From NCBI GenBank assembly GCA_964016885.1, contig OZ024745.1:49662001-49726000 (forward strand): a stretch of 64,000 nt of DNA. Direction: 5' to 3'. Both the position numbers and the translations under genes were made by a program. The notes beneath the pieces are model-generated. The model did not search any database. It was not told where the DNA came from and saw nothing but the letters and a program-made list of their open reading frames with translations. Origin of the DNA: Eledone cirrhosa. Taxonomy: Eukaryota. Shown here in pieces: positions 40,701 through 53,160 of this stretch (positions within the stretch are counted from its first letter, which is position 1; every line of letters starts with the position of its first letter).

Positions 40701-42130
40701 AGTAAGGAATGTGCCCATGTTTCCGTGACTGTGATGAAGTCAGGGTCGATGCTTCTGACGTAGGATTCGAACAGATGTATCTTGTTGCATAAACTGCGAG
40801 CATTTAAGGACAACAATTTGTACCCTGCTCGCAGTTTATGATGGTGTGTAGAGGGTGGCAGGTTGTTCTGGTTTAGTTTCCCAGAGTTGTAGCAGTTTTT
40901 ACATTGCCAGTTATTGTGGGTAGATCACACTCAGACCAGCTGGTATCTCTCTTCCACGTTTCACCAGCCTTGACAAACCTCCAGATCTGCCCATCATCAC
41001 GCAGACCGAAACTTTCATCTTGTGCTGAGTTCCGATTCAAGGAAGCTGCAGCACGTAGCTTTGGACGTACATGGGGTGGTAGGCCTGGGCGTGTTCGGAA
41101 GGTAATCCGATTTTCACGCCCAGCTTTAGCAGAGGCCAGATGATATGAGGTTGCCTCTGCGGGGTCCGAGAAAGACAGCCTGATGAGTCTGGGTTTTGGA
41201 CCAGGTCGACCAAGGCGGAGAGCACCCTTTGGGGGAACACAGCCTAGGTCTTTGGCTGAGCTGGCAGCAAATGCCTGAAGATCAGCCTTGTCCTCTGGTA
41301 CCCCAATGGCAATCACTTCATGGGTAGCAGATTCCGCAGTCTTTTCAGTCTTTTCAGCAAGAGGTACAGGGAGATTCTTTAGCAAGGCATTCCGATAAGA
41401 CCCCTCATTGTGGGGTCCTACCCGAATGCCTGCCTTTATTCCTGCAACTTCCCTTCTCAGAGCAGAAATCATTAGTTGCAGTTCCGCAAAATCTGTACTG
41501 GTCGGTTGTTGTTGTTGCTGCTGCTGCTGTCGTTGGTGATGATGATGTTCCTCCACGGGAATGGCAGGGAAGGACACAGTCGCAGGTTGTTGCTGTTGTT
41601 GTTGTTGTTGGTGATGATGATGTTCCTCCACGGGAATGGTAGGGGAAGACACAGTCACCAGTTGTTGGTGTCGAGATGTACTGGGAGTGGAAGACATGGG
41701 TTGTTGTTGTTTCTGATGTTCTCCCACAGGAATAGCAGTAGAAGCCAGTGTCATAGGTTTTTGCCGTTGTTCAGTAACAATGGTAGAGGAAGACACAGTC
41801 ATTGGTTTTTGTTGTTGTTGTTTTTCAATAACATTAGTGGAGGCAGGCACACAGGCCAGGCACTGAAAGGACCAGGATTTTAGCTGGACCATCTCCCATA
41901 TTCCATCCATCATAGCATTATGATGTCTCTTTTTTGGGCCTGGGATCCTCCGGAAGCCTGTGGCGCATTGAAGGCAGACAGAGATGTGACAGGTTCCACA
42001 TTCGACCCAGCGATTACGGAACGAGTTTTCGGGTTCCGCACAGATATGGCAGATGTGATTTTCTGGGCAATGTTCTATTTTGGGACATCGACCGGTTTTG
42101 TCGCAAATTTCATCGATGAAAAAAAAAAAT
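37765..42130 (-). mobile_element. Near-full-length CR1-clade LINE (ORF1 + ORF2), one TAG in ORF2 at 38882-38884
   Basis: ORF1 with PHD finger and coiled coil; ORF2 APE (NARSL, VTETW, YRPP, GDFN, SDH) + RT (YLDFAKAF, GVPQGSVLGP, YADD) + CR1 C-terminus (VRPHLEF, VQRRATK, NTRGH, WNKLP); ~130-bp duplicated 3'UTR. Confidence 0.93.
40873..42120 (-). CDS. CR1 ORF1 protein (PHD finger, Q/H-rich repeats, coiled coil, RRM-like); true start unclear
   Basis: CHIC..WVECGTCHISVCLQC..FQCLAC; LMISALRREVAGIKA; IAIGVPED; LRLGR..KPRLIRLSF. Confidence 0.8.
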   Translation of the reverse strand, partial: FIDEICDKTGRCPKIEHCPENHICHICAEPENSFRNRWVECGTCHISVCLQCATGFRRIPGPKKRHHNAMMDGIWEMVQLKSWSFQCLACVPASTNVIEKQQQQKPMTVSSSTIVTEQRQKPMTLASTAIPVGEHQKQQQPMSSTPSTSRHQQLVTVSSPTIPVEEHHHHQQQQQQQQPATVSFPAIPVEEHHHHQRQQQQQQQQPTSTDFAELQLMISALRREVAGIKAGIRVGPHNEGSYRNALLKNLPVPLAEKTEKTAESATHEVIAIGVPEDKADLQAFAASSAKDLGCVPPKGALRLGRPGPKPRLIRLSFSDPAEATSYHLASAKAGRENRITFRTRPGLPPHVRPKLRAAASLNRNSAQDESFGLRDDGQIWRFVKAGETWKRDTSWSECDLPTITGNVKTATTLGN

Positions 42131-42534
42131 ATTATTGAAAGTTTATTATAAAGAAGCAGTATCAGGGAAAAAAAAACAAAAAAAAACACGTTATTTCGCT
42201 GTTAATAAACAACTGCCTTCTACAGTACGTTTCATTTAACTTACGCAGCATATTTATTTGTTTACATGCACAGACTCTTCTACACACACACAACATTTAG
42301 GAAAACGGAAACAAAATACACAAAAAAACATACATTTTATTTCTATCGTAATCAAGTGCGCTAAACCTATATTGTTTACATTCTGTGTTTTTCTACGGAT
42401 GGGTAGAAATAACAAAATTGCCATGGGTAATTGCTGGCCTTGTGCCAAAAATAGAAATAATTATTAAGGTTAAAAAGTGAGTCTTATTACTCTGGAGTTT
42501 CGCCTGTTACAAGAGGCAATTTTTACTCTTAATA

Positions 42535-42725
42535 ATTATTTCTACTTTTTTGCACAAGGTCAGCAATTATCCCAGTGCATTACTGGTACTTTATTTTATC
42601 GACCCCGTAAGGATGAAAGGCAAAGTTAACCTCGGCGGGATTTGAACTCAGGTCATAAAGGGCCGTAACTCTATGCTGCAAAGCATGGCGTCCGACCCTC
42701 TACCGATACAGCTAATCCACCGCCC
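42535..42725 (-). mobile_element. tRNA-derived SINE (same family as 1178-1362)
   Basis: Sequence identity to the 1178-1362 copy. Confidence 0.85.
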
Positions 42726-42859
42726 TTAATAATATTGAATATTAAAACTCTACTTCAATATTGAGTACTACTTTCACTTAGCCGTCAACCACATATGGAT
42801 ATATATACATACATATATATGGAAGTAAATCAAATCCACATGCCACCAACATAAATGAA

Positions 42860-44400
42860 ACTTAAGGGTCAGTCCGCCTCTTGGTCCCGGCCGACAGTAT
42901 GAAGAAGACATTGCCACGGAGGACGGCTGAGTGCCAGTCGCAAGTGATGGAACTGCGTTGTTGGGTTAGGAGGCCGAGCGAAAACATTCCAGGAGATGGA
43001 TGGTATCTGTGTTGAAATCTTAAAATGTGGAAGTGAAAATCTACTTCTTCGTCTAACTACGGTTTGGGTTGAGGAGAGTGTCCCACATAACTGGCAAGAT
43101 GCAAGATGCACTAATGGTGGTTCTCTATAAAGGCAAAGGTGGAAGGGACAACTGTAGCTATTACCTTGGGATACCTATTCTGTCTGTTGTAGGCAAGGTC
43201 TTATGAAGGATCATACTGAAATCTTTCTTGAATCTCAGTGTGGCTTTAGAAATGGTAGGAGACAACGGACATAATCTTTATGGTAAGACAGCTGCAAGAG
43301 AAATGCATTGAGCCGCAGCTGGACCTGTATTAGATGTTTGTCGATCTGACAAAGGCTTTTGATACAGTCAATAGAATTGCCGTGGAGGATTCTCAGGAAA
43401 CTCGGGTGTCCTGATAAATTTGTCTCTGTGTTGAGAAGCTTCCATGATGGAATGAAGGTAAATGTCGACATGGGTGGTAAGTTCTCTGATCCCATTGTGG
43501 TTGAAAATAGTGTTAAGCAAGAAGACATTCGAGCGCCGACTCTGATTACGTTGTATTTTGCTATGGTTTTCTTAGTGGCTTTTGAGGGTTGCTCACATGG
43601 GGTTTACATTAGATATCGAACAACAGGGTAAAATGTTCAATGCCAGAACGAAGATACTTACTTCGCTGCGATCTTATCATTCATTCCGAGAGTGACATGC
43701 AACATCTCATGGATTGTTTTTCGAAAGCATGCAGTGCATTGGGCTAACAATCAGTCTGGAAAAGATTGTGGTGTTGTATCAATCTGCATCAGTACTCTAC
43801 GCCAAACATATATGTTTATGTCCAGAGATTGAAAGTCGTGGATATGTTTGTATATCTAGGTAGCACTGTGAATGCGACCAATACTCTGGATGAAAAAATC
43901 TCCCTCCGAATCAAGAAGGCAAGTGATGCATTTGAAAAACAGGAGGCACGTCTATGGTCTTAGTATGGTATTTCAATTGAGACAAAGTTAAAAGTGTATA
44001 ATGCTTGTGTTTTGTCCCCTTTGTTGTATGCATCTGAGACTTGGATCACTTACCGAATGCATCTCAAAAGATTGGAGCACTTTCACCAACAATGCCTTCG
44101 ACGTATACAGGGCATCCACTGGAAACTGTACATGAGTGACACTGAAGTCATCGAACGCAGTCGGTTTATCAGTATGGAGTCTCTCATATTTCAACATCGA
44201 TTAAGATGGAGTGGTCATGTAGTGAGAATGGATGATAGTTGCATCCTTAGGCAGTTCCTGTATGGTGAGCTGGTAGAAGGGAAACTATCAGCGCACAAAC
44301 CAAAATTGAAGTACAGGGATTGCATTAAAAGCTTTCCTGGAGGAGGCGGTGCATGATGTGAGGAGAGAATTTGAAAGAAACCGTGTTGAGCATGAACAGC
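42860..44400 (+). pseudogene. Decayed RTE/BovB-like LINE RT
   Basis: ESQCGFR, FVDLTKAFD, PWRILRKLGCPDKFV, FVYLGS, VYNACVLSPLLYASETW, LRWSGHVVRM; many stops and frameshifts. Confidence 0.85.
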
Positions 44401-45017
44401 TCAAGTGGTATGCTCGTAAGGGACTTGAGTTTGGTTTTTATAAGTATTTTGGCATGCAGATTGATTCTAAAAGTGCCACGCTGCATTATTGCTACCAAGG
44501 AATGTTCAAGTTTTATGATCCTCTCCGTAACACGTTTTTCTTCGTTATCCTTGTCCCTATAACCAAAATACTGAAGCTGTTATAACCACTCCCATCATTC
44601 AGCCATTAAGGTTTTTACTCCTTGCTGAGGGTTTGCCATATCTTTGCGTTCTGAATTTAAAACATGCCGAGGTTAAGTTCGCTTTTAATCCTTTCGAGGT
44701 CGATAAATAAAGTACCAGTCAAAAGCGGTGGGCTGTTGTAATCGTTAGAGTGTCGGGTGGAGTGTATTGCGGTATTTACTTCGACTTTTTTTTTTAATTA
44801 TGTATTTAAATCCCATCCTGACCTACCAGCTTCCATATAAAGGTTTGGATCTCTATCATGTAATCTGTAATCAATCATAGGCGACATTAGAGCGATCTAT
44901 GTTTTTCAACCTGCTCGAGGCAAACACTACTTGGAAGTATGGAAAATGAAAATAAGTCTCTGATATTACTATGTAATTAAAAAAACAATTTCACACAAAA
45001 AAACGTCAAGCTTATTA

Positions 45018-45087
45018 TGACGTCATTAAGCTAGAGTAGATACGATAGAAAACAACATTGAACTAATATTGATCTGAAAATATAAAA
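45018..45087 (+). promoter_or_regulatory. Candidate promoter of the ELL-like gene: palindromic CRE (TGACGTCA, 45018-45025) and TATA-like TATAAAA (45081-45087)
   Basis: Motifs start 121 and 58 nt upstream of the ATG; motif match only. Confidence 0.4.
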
Positions 45088-45138
45088 TACTAAACATTTC
45101 GGAATTTATCAGAAAAAAAAAGGTCAATTCTTTACACT

Positions 45139-46308
45139 ATGTCAACATTAGAAAAACATCCTCTCTATAACATGTCAACTTCTTGTGAAGACGATAAGAC
45201 TATCATACACGCAATTTTTACGGAGTGCATTTTAGGAAAACTGCAAGACTTTTTTAGAAAAGCAACAGGAAATTGTCCTCACCCAACTATTAAAGTATAT
45301 AACGATGGTACGGGTTTTATTCAAATTCCTGTATATCCTTCTGGGACGAACGGTGAACTATATACATTTAATTTTAATGTATATTGCGTACAAGATAAAC
45401 CCAAGGATGTTTTTTATTGTCTCCAGCAAGTGCTGTCAAAAAATGAAAACTGCATTAACTCTTTAGGGTGCATCGCTTATAAAATAGTCATGCGGGGAAC
45501 TGGTGATTCATTTAAAGAATTCAGAAAAAGAATGTACGTGGAAGATGCAAAAAAGGTATTTACGAAAGAGATTCATCCGTCAAAGAATCTTAAATACAAG
45601 AAATTTCTCTCGCATCCGGATAATGAGGTTTCGTATTTTAACGCATCTATCTATGATGAATGGAATGATCGGGCCTTAATATCAAACAATTTATATGCAG
45701 AATCTTCATTTCCACTCAGTAACGGTTTGCCTATTCCCCCTTACTTCAGGAAACTATCATTACGAAAGAGAATTATTCATTTGTTGGCTCTTCGGCCATA
45801 TAACAAGTGTGAATTACTTCGATTATTGAAAAGGCATGGCTTTTCTGAAAATGATAAAAAATCCTTTGAATTTAAATTAAGCGAAGTATCTACGTATTAT
45901 AAACGACAGCGATTTACTTTAAGTAGTCCGGCTTGGAATGAAGTTGATGCTACATGGCCGTATTATAGAGTGGAACAACAACAACTTGTGAGAAGACGAC
46001 TAAACTCAATGCATTGTGGTGACTCGGATTGTACAGGAAAATGTTTTCATTCCGCTGATTTTGAAATTCTGGAAAACAAGTCTAATTCTAATAATTATCC
46101 CAATAAAAAGCGAAAATTTCTACAATCAACTTTAGGTCATGAAACTAAATATATAAGAAGATTCAAGGAGAGGTGTCGTCCAAATATTTTGAATAGTGTT
46201 GAGAAGCATAACCACAGTATTTCTGATAATCCTTCATTTTTTCAATCAGTTAAACATATGAGAGTACCAGTCTCTGAAACAGCAGAAAGCAAGCATAAAA
46301 GTAAGTAA
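45139..46308 (+). CDS. ELL: ELL-family RNA polymerase II elongation factor, N-terminal and winged-helix-like central domains only; probably an exon ending at 46300
   Basis: Colinear with ELL: HPTIKV..GFIQIP..TFNFNV..DKPKDVFYCLQQ..SLGCIAYKIVMRGTGDSF..RKRM; LRKRIIHLLALRPYNKCELLRLLKRHG; EVDATWPYY..QQQLVRRRL; no C-terminal occludin/ELL domain; GTAAGT at 46301. Confidence 0.88.
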   Translation: MSTLEKHPLYNMSTSCEDDKTIIHAIFTECILGKLQDFFRKATGNCPHPTIKVYNDGTGFIQIPVYPSGTNGELYTFNFNVYCVQDKPKDVFYCLQQVLSKNENCINSLGCIAYKIVMRGTGDSFKEFRKRMYVEDAKKVFTKEIHPSKNLKYKKFLSHPDNEVSYFNASIYDEWNDRALISNNLYAESSFPLSNGLPIPPYFRKLSLRKRIIHLLALRPYNKCELLRLLKRHGFSENDKKSFEFKLSEVSTYYKRQRFTLSSPAWNEVDATWPYYRVEQQQLVRRRLNSMHCGDSDCTGKCFHSADFEILENKSNSNNYPNKKRKFLQSTLGHETKYIRRFKERCRPNILNSVEKHNHSISDNPSFFQSVKHMRVPVSETAESKHKSK

Positions 46309-47269
46309 AAGTTGTATGTATGGAGTCGTAGGGGCGCCGTAGTGACATATGTAGTGCGTATTTAAAACCTGTTGAAGCCATTCTCTCTCCAAGTGTGAAC
46401 ACAGTCGATTTCGCCCAGAGAAGTAAAAAGAGAGGGGAAATGAGAAATAAATATAGAGAAAGAATCGACCTCAGTAAATGACTGGCACTTTTTTTCGACC
46501 ACGAAAAGATAAAAAGCAAAGTAGACCTCGACAGGATTTGAATTCAAAGCGAAGAGAGCCGGATCGAATACCGCATTACATTCTAGCCGACATTCTAATG
46601 ACTGCCAAATTGCCGCCAAGTAAAAGTTGGTGTTTCTCTAAAAATGAAAATAACAATTCCTAACATATACACTAGGTCAGACATTTTGGAAGAGAGATTA
46701 GTGGTTAAATCGACCCCAATAGTCGACTGTCTACCAACTTCCATTCATAAGGCATTTGTCAACTCGAAGCCGTTGTAGAAGACACTTGACCGAGGTGATG
46801 TGCAATGGGACTGAACGCAAAACCACGTGGATTGCGAAGTGAACTCCTTAACTACACAGGCATGCCTACGCCTATCTGGAAAAAAAAGGACTGTGATAAT
46901 TGGTACACCTTTTATCTCAGGTTTGTACAATCAGGGATGAACAAAAAATTTTATTACAATTGTATAAATTACAGTATATTAGATTTTATTAAATTAAATA
47001 ACGTAACAAATGGGAGTGAAAATATGAACACATGATATATGCAAAGCATATAAATAAATTTACAGTAGAATAACATAACACATGTTTTAAATATATACAT
47101 AAATAACATTACAAATGCTTAGATAACATTATAAATTGCTCGCGATTCTTTCAGAAGGATATATTCCTTTAATGATGCAATATTAAAGAAAATATAAAGG
47201 AAGGGGTGAACAATGGAGCCAACACCAGAGCAAAAGACAGCAGCTTCGCGAGGAGTACTGGGCAACCTC

Positions 47270-48400
47270 TCCAATGATTATTGAGGCAAGCCAGCACACG
47301 CGCAGCGTTGCCTCGGGTGATGGCGAGGGGAATGCGCTGGAACAAACAAGCGCCCTCGCGAGATTCGCCAGTTACCTCTATTAGGCGAGCCGCCAGTGAA
47401 GAGAGGAACCTCGCAGTCAGCGGCCCGACTCCCCCAGACGTCTCGAAAGCCACAGGCTGAAAAATGTAGCTGGCCGACAGATCACAGTATCTGAGGAAGC
47501 TGTGACTCTCGTCCTAATCGCAGCATCCAGGATGTGGGAAGAAGCAAATGAGACAGTAGAATACCGTTGGAAATATGTTTTAAATATATACATAAAAAAC
47601 AACAAATGCGTTAATAACACCAAAAATTGTTCGCAATTCGTTCAGAAGGACAATATGTCTAAACCGTGTATAATAACACAATAATTTAAATTCAAAAACA
47701 AAAATGATAAAAGAAGGAAAAAAAGTGGGTGGGGGGATTCATCCCAAGTATGACAATCTGCAGCACCTATCACCTTGGGGATTAACTGCACTCTTTCAAG
47801 CAAGCCAACACGCTCGCAGAATTACCACGGGTGATGGCGAGGCTAAGGCGCCAGTGAAGACAAGAACTTTGCTGTCAGCGGCCCAACCTCACCGAACGTC
47901 TCGAACGCCACAGGCTGGGGGAAATAATTGTTTAATAAGTCCTGGTATATCCGAATTTTATTCCGGTCGGCAGCGGAAGCAGTGACCCCCACATTCACCG
48001 CGGCGTCCATGATATGGGAGGGGGGGAAAGAGTCACTGACTGTGACGTCCCAGATGAAACCTACCTCTCACTCAGGGACAAAGGGTAAGACCGTCTGGTA
48101 TCTTCCCATCATGGCTCCAGAACTGTGGGGATATTAAAACAAGCCAGGGCCCGTTTGATGATCAGGTTTAGCTCGGAGTGACAGGCGAAACGACCAGCAT
48201 TCAGGCGGTAAGACAAACCATGTAAACCCATGGAGTCGAGGGACCTACTACAGCGGCATCTCAGATCCCCCTCAGACGTTGGCTCCCACACGAAGTGTAA
48301 TGGAGATGTGGGGTTCGTCCTGACTGAGAAGGCCACCAATTTTGGCCACAGGCAGGGCATCAATCCAGTCCCCGAGAACTCTGCGTTAGCAGAAAGTAAA
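47270..48400 (-). mobile_element. Two decayed CRE-clade 3' fragments (47270-47560, 47790-48400)
   Basis: AFETSGGVGP..REGACLFQRIPLAITRGNA; CRCSRSLDSMGLHGLS..HSELNLIIKRAL..EP. Confidence 0.75.
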
Positions 48401-49733
48401 GAGGCTGTATAACAGTAACAACTTGTCCAATACAATCATTAACGTCTTTGTAGCAAAAAAAAAAAAATAATAATACAAAAACAAAACAAATTTTAGAATC
48501 TATAAATGTAAATTAAAAATATTTAGCACTGAAACCAATCACTTTAATAACAAAAAACTTTTGAATCAGGCCATGCCCTAACAGCCTAACACATTACCCA
48601 GTTTAACTTCTTTTAACACTTGGTTGAAATTTTTAATTAATCTTAAATTCCAGGGTTGTCTCCCTTGTTGTTGTTTTTTTTTTTTAACCATAATTAATAA
48701 TTACGATAAAGATTTTTTTTTACTCATCACTCCTGGTGTAATTTCAATTAATTAAAATTTCTTACCTCACTTGTCTTTTTGTATATAAAGGACAAAGAAA
48801 CCACTACCCTTCTGTATTCAAAATGACCAGGTGCGCGGGGGAAGGAGGTTTGAAAGCTGTTTTTCAGAACAGTCGAGCGAATGTTAGAAGCTCGTTAGTT
48901 GGTCAGGTTTTTGTAATTTAGTCAGAGGAAAAGGGACAGAACTCATGATATTACTGGGTCTTCCTAACTGGTGAGGTTGATTTTCAGCATGAACATCTGT
49001 ATAATAGGTGCACTACAAGAAGTCAAAATATTGATTTCTAACTCTATTTTAGGTAAATTTATAAAACATTACTCACAAAGGAATTTTTCCCCCGGATAAC
49101 GAAGGAAGAGGAGGATCTTCAGATCCCCACTCTCCCGAGTTCTCTTTACCAATTATTTTTTTATTTCCCGTATGTTATCCACAAATCTCACTTATAGACC
49201 AGTCGGAGACGATTAGCTTTGTAGAAAAAGGATGAGGAAAGAGGGAAAACCCTTGGAGTTTCGCAGATTTACATTTCTCTTGCCTCTGGTAGAAATTTTT
49301 TTTTTTATAGGGTTTTTTTTTTTTTTCGCATGTTATTACAAATCTAACCTCCAAACACCCTAACACTACCCGAGCCCTAAACCTATCCTAACCCTTCCGA
49401 CATTTGTCATGCGATGCGGTTTACTAAAAAGTAAATAATTCCAAACGGTTTTGATTGAAAATCAGATTTGGTGAAAACATCAAAATACGCAGGAAAAAAT
49501 ATTTCAGCTCCAACGCGAAACGGTTCTAATTATAGAAAATATTTCGTCACCCCACACGAATAACTACCGAGTGTTTTGAAGATCAGATTAGTTGATGACA
49601 CACAAAAATAATATTGTAAAGAATACAAGAAAACTCTAAGTGTGGGGGAGGGGATACGTGAGAAAGTCCAAGCCTCCCTCCATTTTCCAGAAGGAAAAGT
49701 CCTTTGTGGCATACTCAGAGGTTAAATTAGTTG

Positions 49734-49766
<33 letters not shown>

Positions 49767-50054
49767 CAGGAAAAATAATTATTTCCCACTGAAATCGCGA
49801 GGGGTGTTTTATAATAATACCCTATTCTATCCACCCCAGAAAGATGAAAGCATAGTTGCCCTCGGCGGGATTTGAACTTAGAACGTAACTAAATACTGCG
49901 GGGAATTTTGTCCATTTTTTTTTTTTTTTAATATTATAATGCTGGTGCAACTATGGAAAAGGCGAAAGGAATGGAAGAAACTGGTTGCCAGGTCATCTGT
50001 GGCGCCCCAACGGTCCACCAGACTACGGGATAGATGAGAGGGATGAGAGAAATT

Positions 50055-50235
50055 ATAATTGTTTCTACTTTTCGCACAAGGCCAGCAAATACCCAGTACA
50101 TTACTGGTACTTTATTTTATCGACCCCGTAAGGATGAAAGGCAAAGTTAACCTCGGCGGGATTTGAACTCAGAATGGCAAGGGCCGTAACTCTATGCGTC
50201 AAAGCATGGCGTCCCACCCGCTACCGATACTGCCA
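50055..50235 (-). mobile_element. tRNA-derived SINE
   Basis: Same family as 1178-1362. Confidence 0.85.
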
Positions 50236-50384
50236 GGATGTGTGACCGGTAGATAGTATCAATAATGCAAACATTTCCTTGGTCCGATTTGACGAGTTCC
50301 AATCCACTCGGGAAGCGAATTAGGTTTGTGATCTTGTCGATCGAACTGTATATTATGTCATTCACATTTAGAATGCAGTGGCGT

Positions 50385-50564
50385 TCAAGACGTTTGGTGG
50401 AGTTGCGCCGCCTACAAGCGAAGTCCTTGTCATCATTGGCGGCTCACCTTACTGAGGTGTCAGGAGATGCCCGTGAGGGTGCCTGGTTATTTCAGCTTCT
50501 TAGCCTCGCCATCACCCGCGGTAATGCTGCGAGCGTGTTGGCTTGTCTCAAAGTGTGTAGTTAA
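50385..50564 (+). mobile_element. CRE-clade 3' fragment
   Basis: SGDAREGAWLFQLLSLAITRGNAASVLACL. Confidence 0.7.
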
Positions 50565-51277
50565 TCCCTAAGGTGTGTGGTGCGGTCGATTATCGCACTT
50601 GGTGGTGAATGCCCCCCCCCCCCCCCCCCCCCTTATCGTTATTGTTCAATAAATTACATTCTTTGACTTTCATCCTTACGGGGTCGATAAAATAAAGTAC
50701 CAGCAATGCACTGGATAATTGCTGGCCTTGTGCCTAACGTAGAAACAATTATATTTTTATACACCTTGATAAAATAAAAAGGTCGCTTATAGGAGTATCA
50801 AATCGGCTTATTTGAGAGGTACCTTATTTTTTTTTTTTTTAATCTTAGAAGAATGAAAGATGAAGATGACTATGGCGCGATTTGAATTCAACACGTAAAA
50901 GGCTATAACTAGATCCTACTGAGAATTTTGTCCGACGCTCTAACGAATTTGACAATTCACTGCTCCAAAATATTTCCGAAAAGAGCCTAAACGTGATTGG
51001 GATACATAAGAGTTGTTTCTCTTTAATATTGAAACTCTTCAATGTCTACTATTTCCATGTCCCACACTAGAGTCTGTTGACATTTTCTCTCAACTTGTAG
51101 TTTTTACCCCATTGAACAGATTTTTCGACATCTCTAATATTCACATGCATGCGAATGCATTTATTTATACACATATATCTCCATCGATAGATAACGTTGA
51201 TTCTTTCATTTTCTGTTATTGTTGTAAATAACTTATTTATTTTAGTGTGGTCCTTCTCAACTCTATCCAGTCTCGTC

Positions 51278-51362
51278 ATGGCAGAAGACAACAGTGTTCT
51301 TGAACTTAGACTTGGAGCAAGCTTTGACCCGAATCCCAGAGTTGCTTTCCATTCTGTCAGAT
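51278..51362 (+). CDS. EAF: EAF coding exon 1 (MAEDNSVLELRLGASFDPNPRVAFHSVR-Y)
   Basis: Matches EAF1/2 LRLGESF..FHTIRY; acceptor TTTAG at 51245; donor GTAAGT, phase 1. Confidence 0.9.
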
Positions 51363-52664
51363 GTAAGTACTAAAGCTTCTTTGCGTGTATTTATTTTATA
51401 TTCACCTCTTTATTCATATTGCACTGGGGTAATTGCTGGCCTTGTGCCAAAAGTAGAAACAATTATTTCGAGTGTTCCAAATCCTACCTCGATTGATTTT
51501 ACCTTTCATCCTTTTGAGTGATCAATAAAGTAAAGTATCGGTAGAAGTACTGGACAAGGGTTGTCGTCTGTATAAATAACCATATCCCTTCTCCAAAGAT
51601 GTGTGGCTTTGTACCTATGTTAGAAATAGCACTATTTCAAATGTTTCAGTAATAACACTTGGCCTATGATTAATTATGATCGTTGAAGTGTGAAAGTACA
51701 AGATAATTATGGAACATATTCACTAAATACGCTTCCTTTAACTGACATTTATAGTTTAACAACAACAAAATAAATAAATAAGCTAGTTTATTATCAATTC
51801 AATTAATCCCATTCTTTTGTGTCACAACGGCGCCCTTACGATTCCATCAACATATGATACGGTTCTATTGTGTGTGTAGTATTTAATTACTGAATTTATA
51901 TTCCACCTACAAACGTGTGGAATTGAATCGGAAACCTTATATGGTAACAAGTCGGCTCTAATCGAACCGACCTATGATCAAAGGTTTTTCCAGTTGTAAC
52001 CATCCCGACCATCCAGTGCTTCCTTCTTTGTTGGGTTATAATAGTTATATTTTTTCTTGCATGTGTTGGCATTGTCCTACATTTAACAGATTCTATGAAA
52101 GTGTAATTTCCAGACATTAAAAAGTAAAAAATTACTGCCTCTTCGCCCCCCTCTCACTCTCATATATAATGAAAATTGCAATTAACAGACACTATTATAT
52201 GTAATGAAACATCATTTAATTATGAAAATCACAGTCAAAATAAAAAAATAAAAACTTAAATGTAATGGAAATTCACGTTTCGTTGGCAATGTACGGAAAT
52301 AAACAGAAAATCACTACGTCTGTATTGTAGTATCGTATATACACGAAATAAGTACATTTCGTAATTCTAAATAAAGACAGTTTCCCTTCCCACACAAACA
52401 ATAAGTGAGTTTCGATTTTCCGTCTGTAAATTTTATTTTCACTTTAATAGAACCCTCAAATAGGACTATAGATCTATGCTTGACTTTATCGCATATCGAA
52501 ATTAGTTGGTAAACACTACTTTATAGTTACACACAAACGCACACACAACTTTGTATCCTGCTTTCATTTCTCATTTTCATGCGTACAAAGAATTAATTCT
52601 GTTTAAGAAATCTTCGCCGCCATATGTTTAATTGAGATTATCCATGTTGTTTTGTGTCCGATAT

Positions 52665-52785
52665 ATACAGGATATCCCCCCCCCCCCCAAAAAAAAAATG
52701 TATGCACACTTTGATTATCAGTACAGGCAATATTTATTAGAATGCTGTTGAAGTATGTATACATTTTTGGAGGACACTCTGTGTA
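52665..52785. mobile_element. Small Tc1/mariner-type MITE
   Basis: Imperfect TIRs CAGGATATCCC..AAAAATGTATGCACACTT / AAGTATGTATACATTTTTGGAGGACACTCTG in TA context. Confidence 0.45.
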
Positions 52786-52806
52786 TATATATATATATAT
52801 ATACAC

Positions 52807-52851
<45 letters not shown>

Positions 52852-53014
52852 TGCGTAACAAAGTATCACTAAATTTGTGGATCCTGGTTGGTGGTGGCAG
52901 TGTATCTGAAAATAATAGGAATATATATATCCAGTTTAAAAAAAACTGAAGTAAGAGGTTTTGGGATGAGAAATTTAATGAAAGCAAAGCGAAATAAATA
53001 TAGTATGTGTGTGT

Positions 53015-53160
53015 ATTTTATTCTTTTACTTGTTTCAGTCAGTAGATTGCGGCCATGCTGGACCACCGTCATGATTTTGTCAATCATAATCGACTCCATT
53101 ACTTATAATTTGAAGTTTAGTACTTATTTTAGCGATCACTTTTTGTCGAACCGCTAACTC
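53015..53160 (-). mobile_element. SINE 3' part sharing its tail with the 21232-24137 LINE
   Basis: Minus strand GACGGTGGTCCAGCATGGCCGCAATCTACTGACTGAAACAAGTAAAAG. Confidence 0.7.

Noticed and set aside
43961-43963. TAG in the decayed RTE/BovB copy as another amber/W site
   Set aside because: The element has many other stops and frameshifts, and the position is not a Trp site
49345-49395. CCCTAA-like telomeric motifs
   Set aside because: Few and degenerate; more likely a DNA-element subterminal relic
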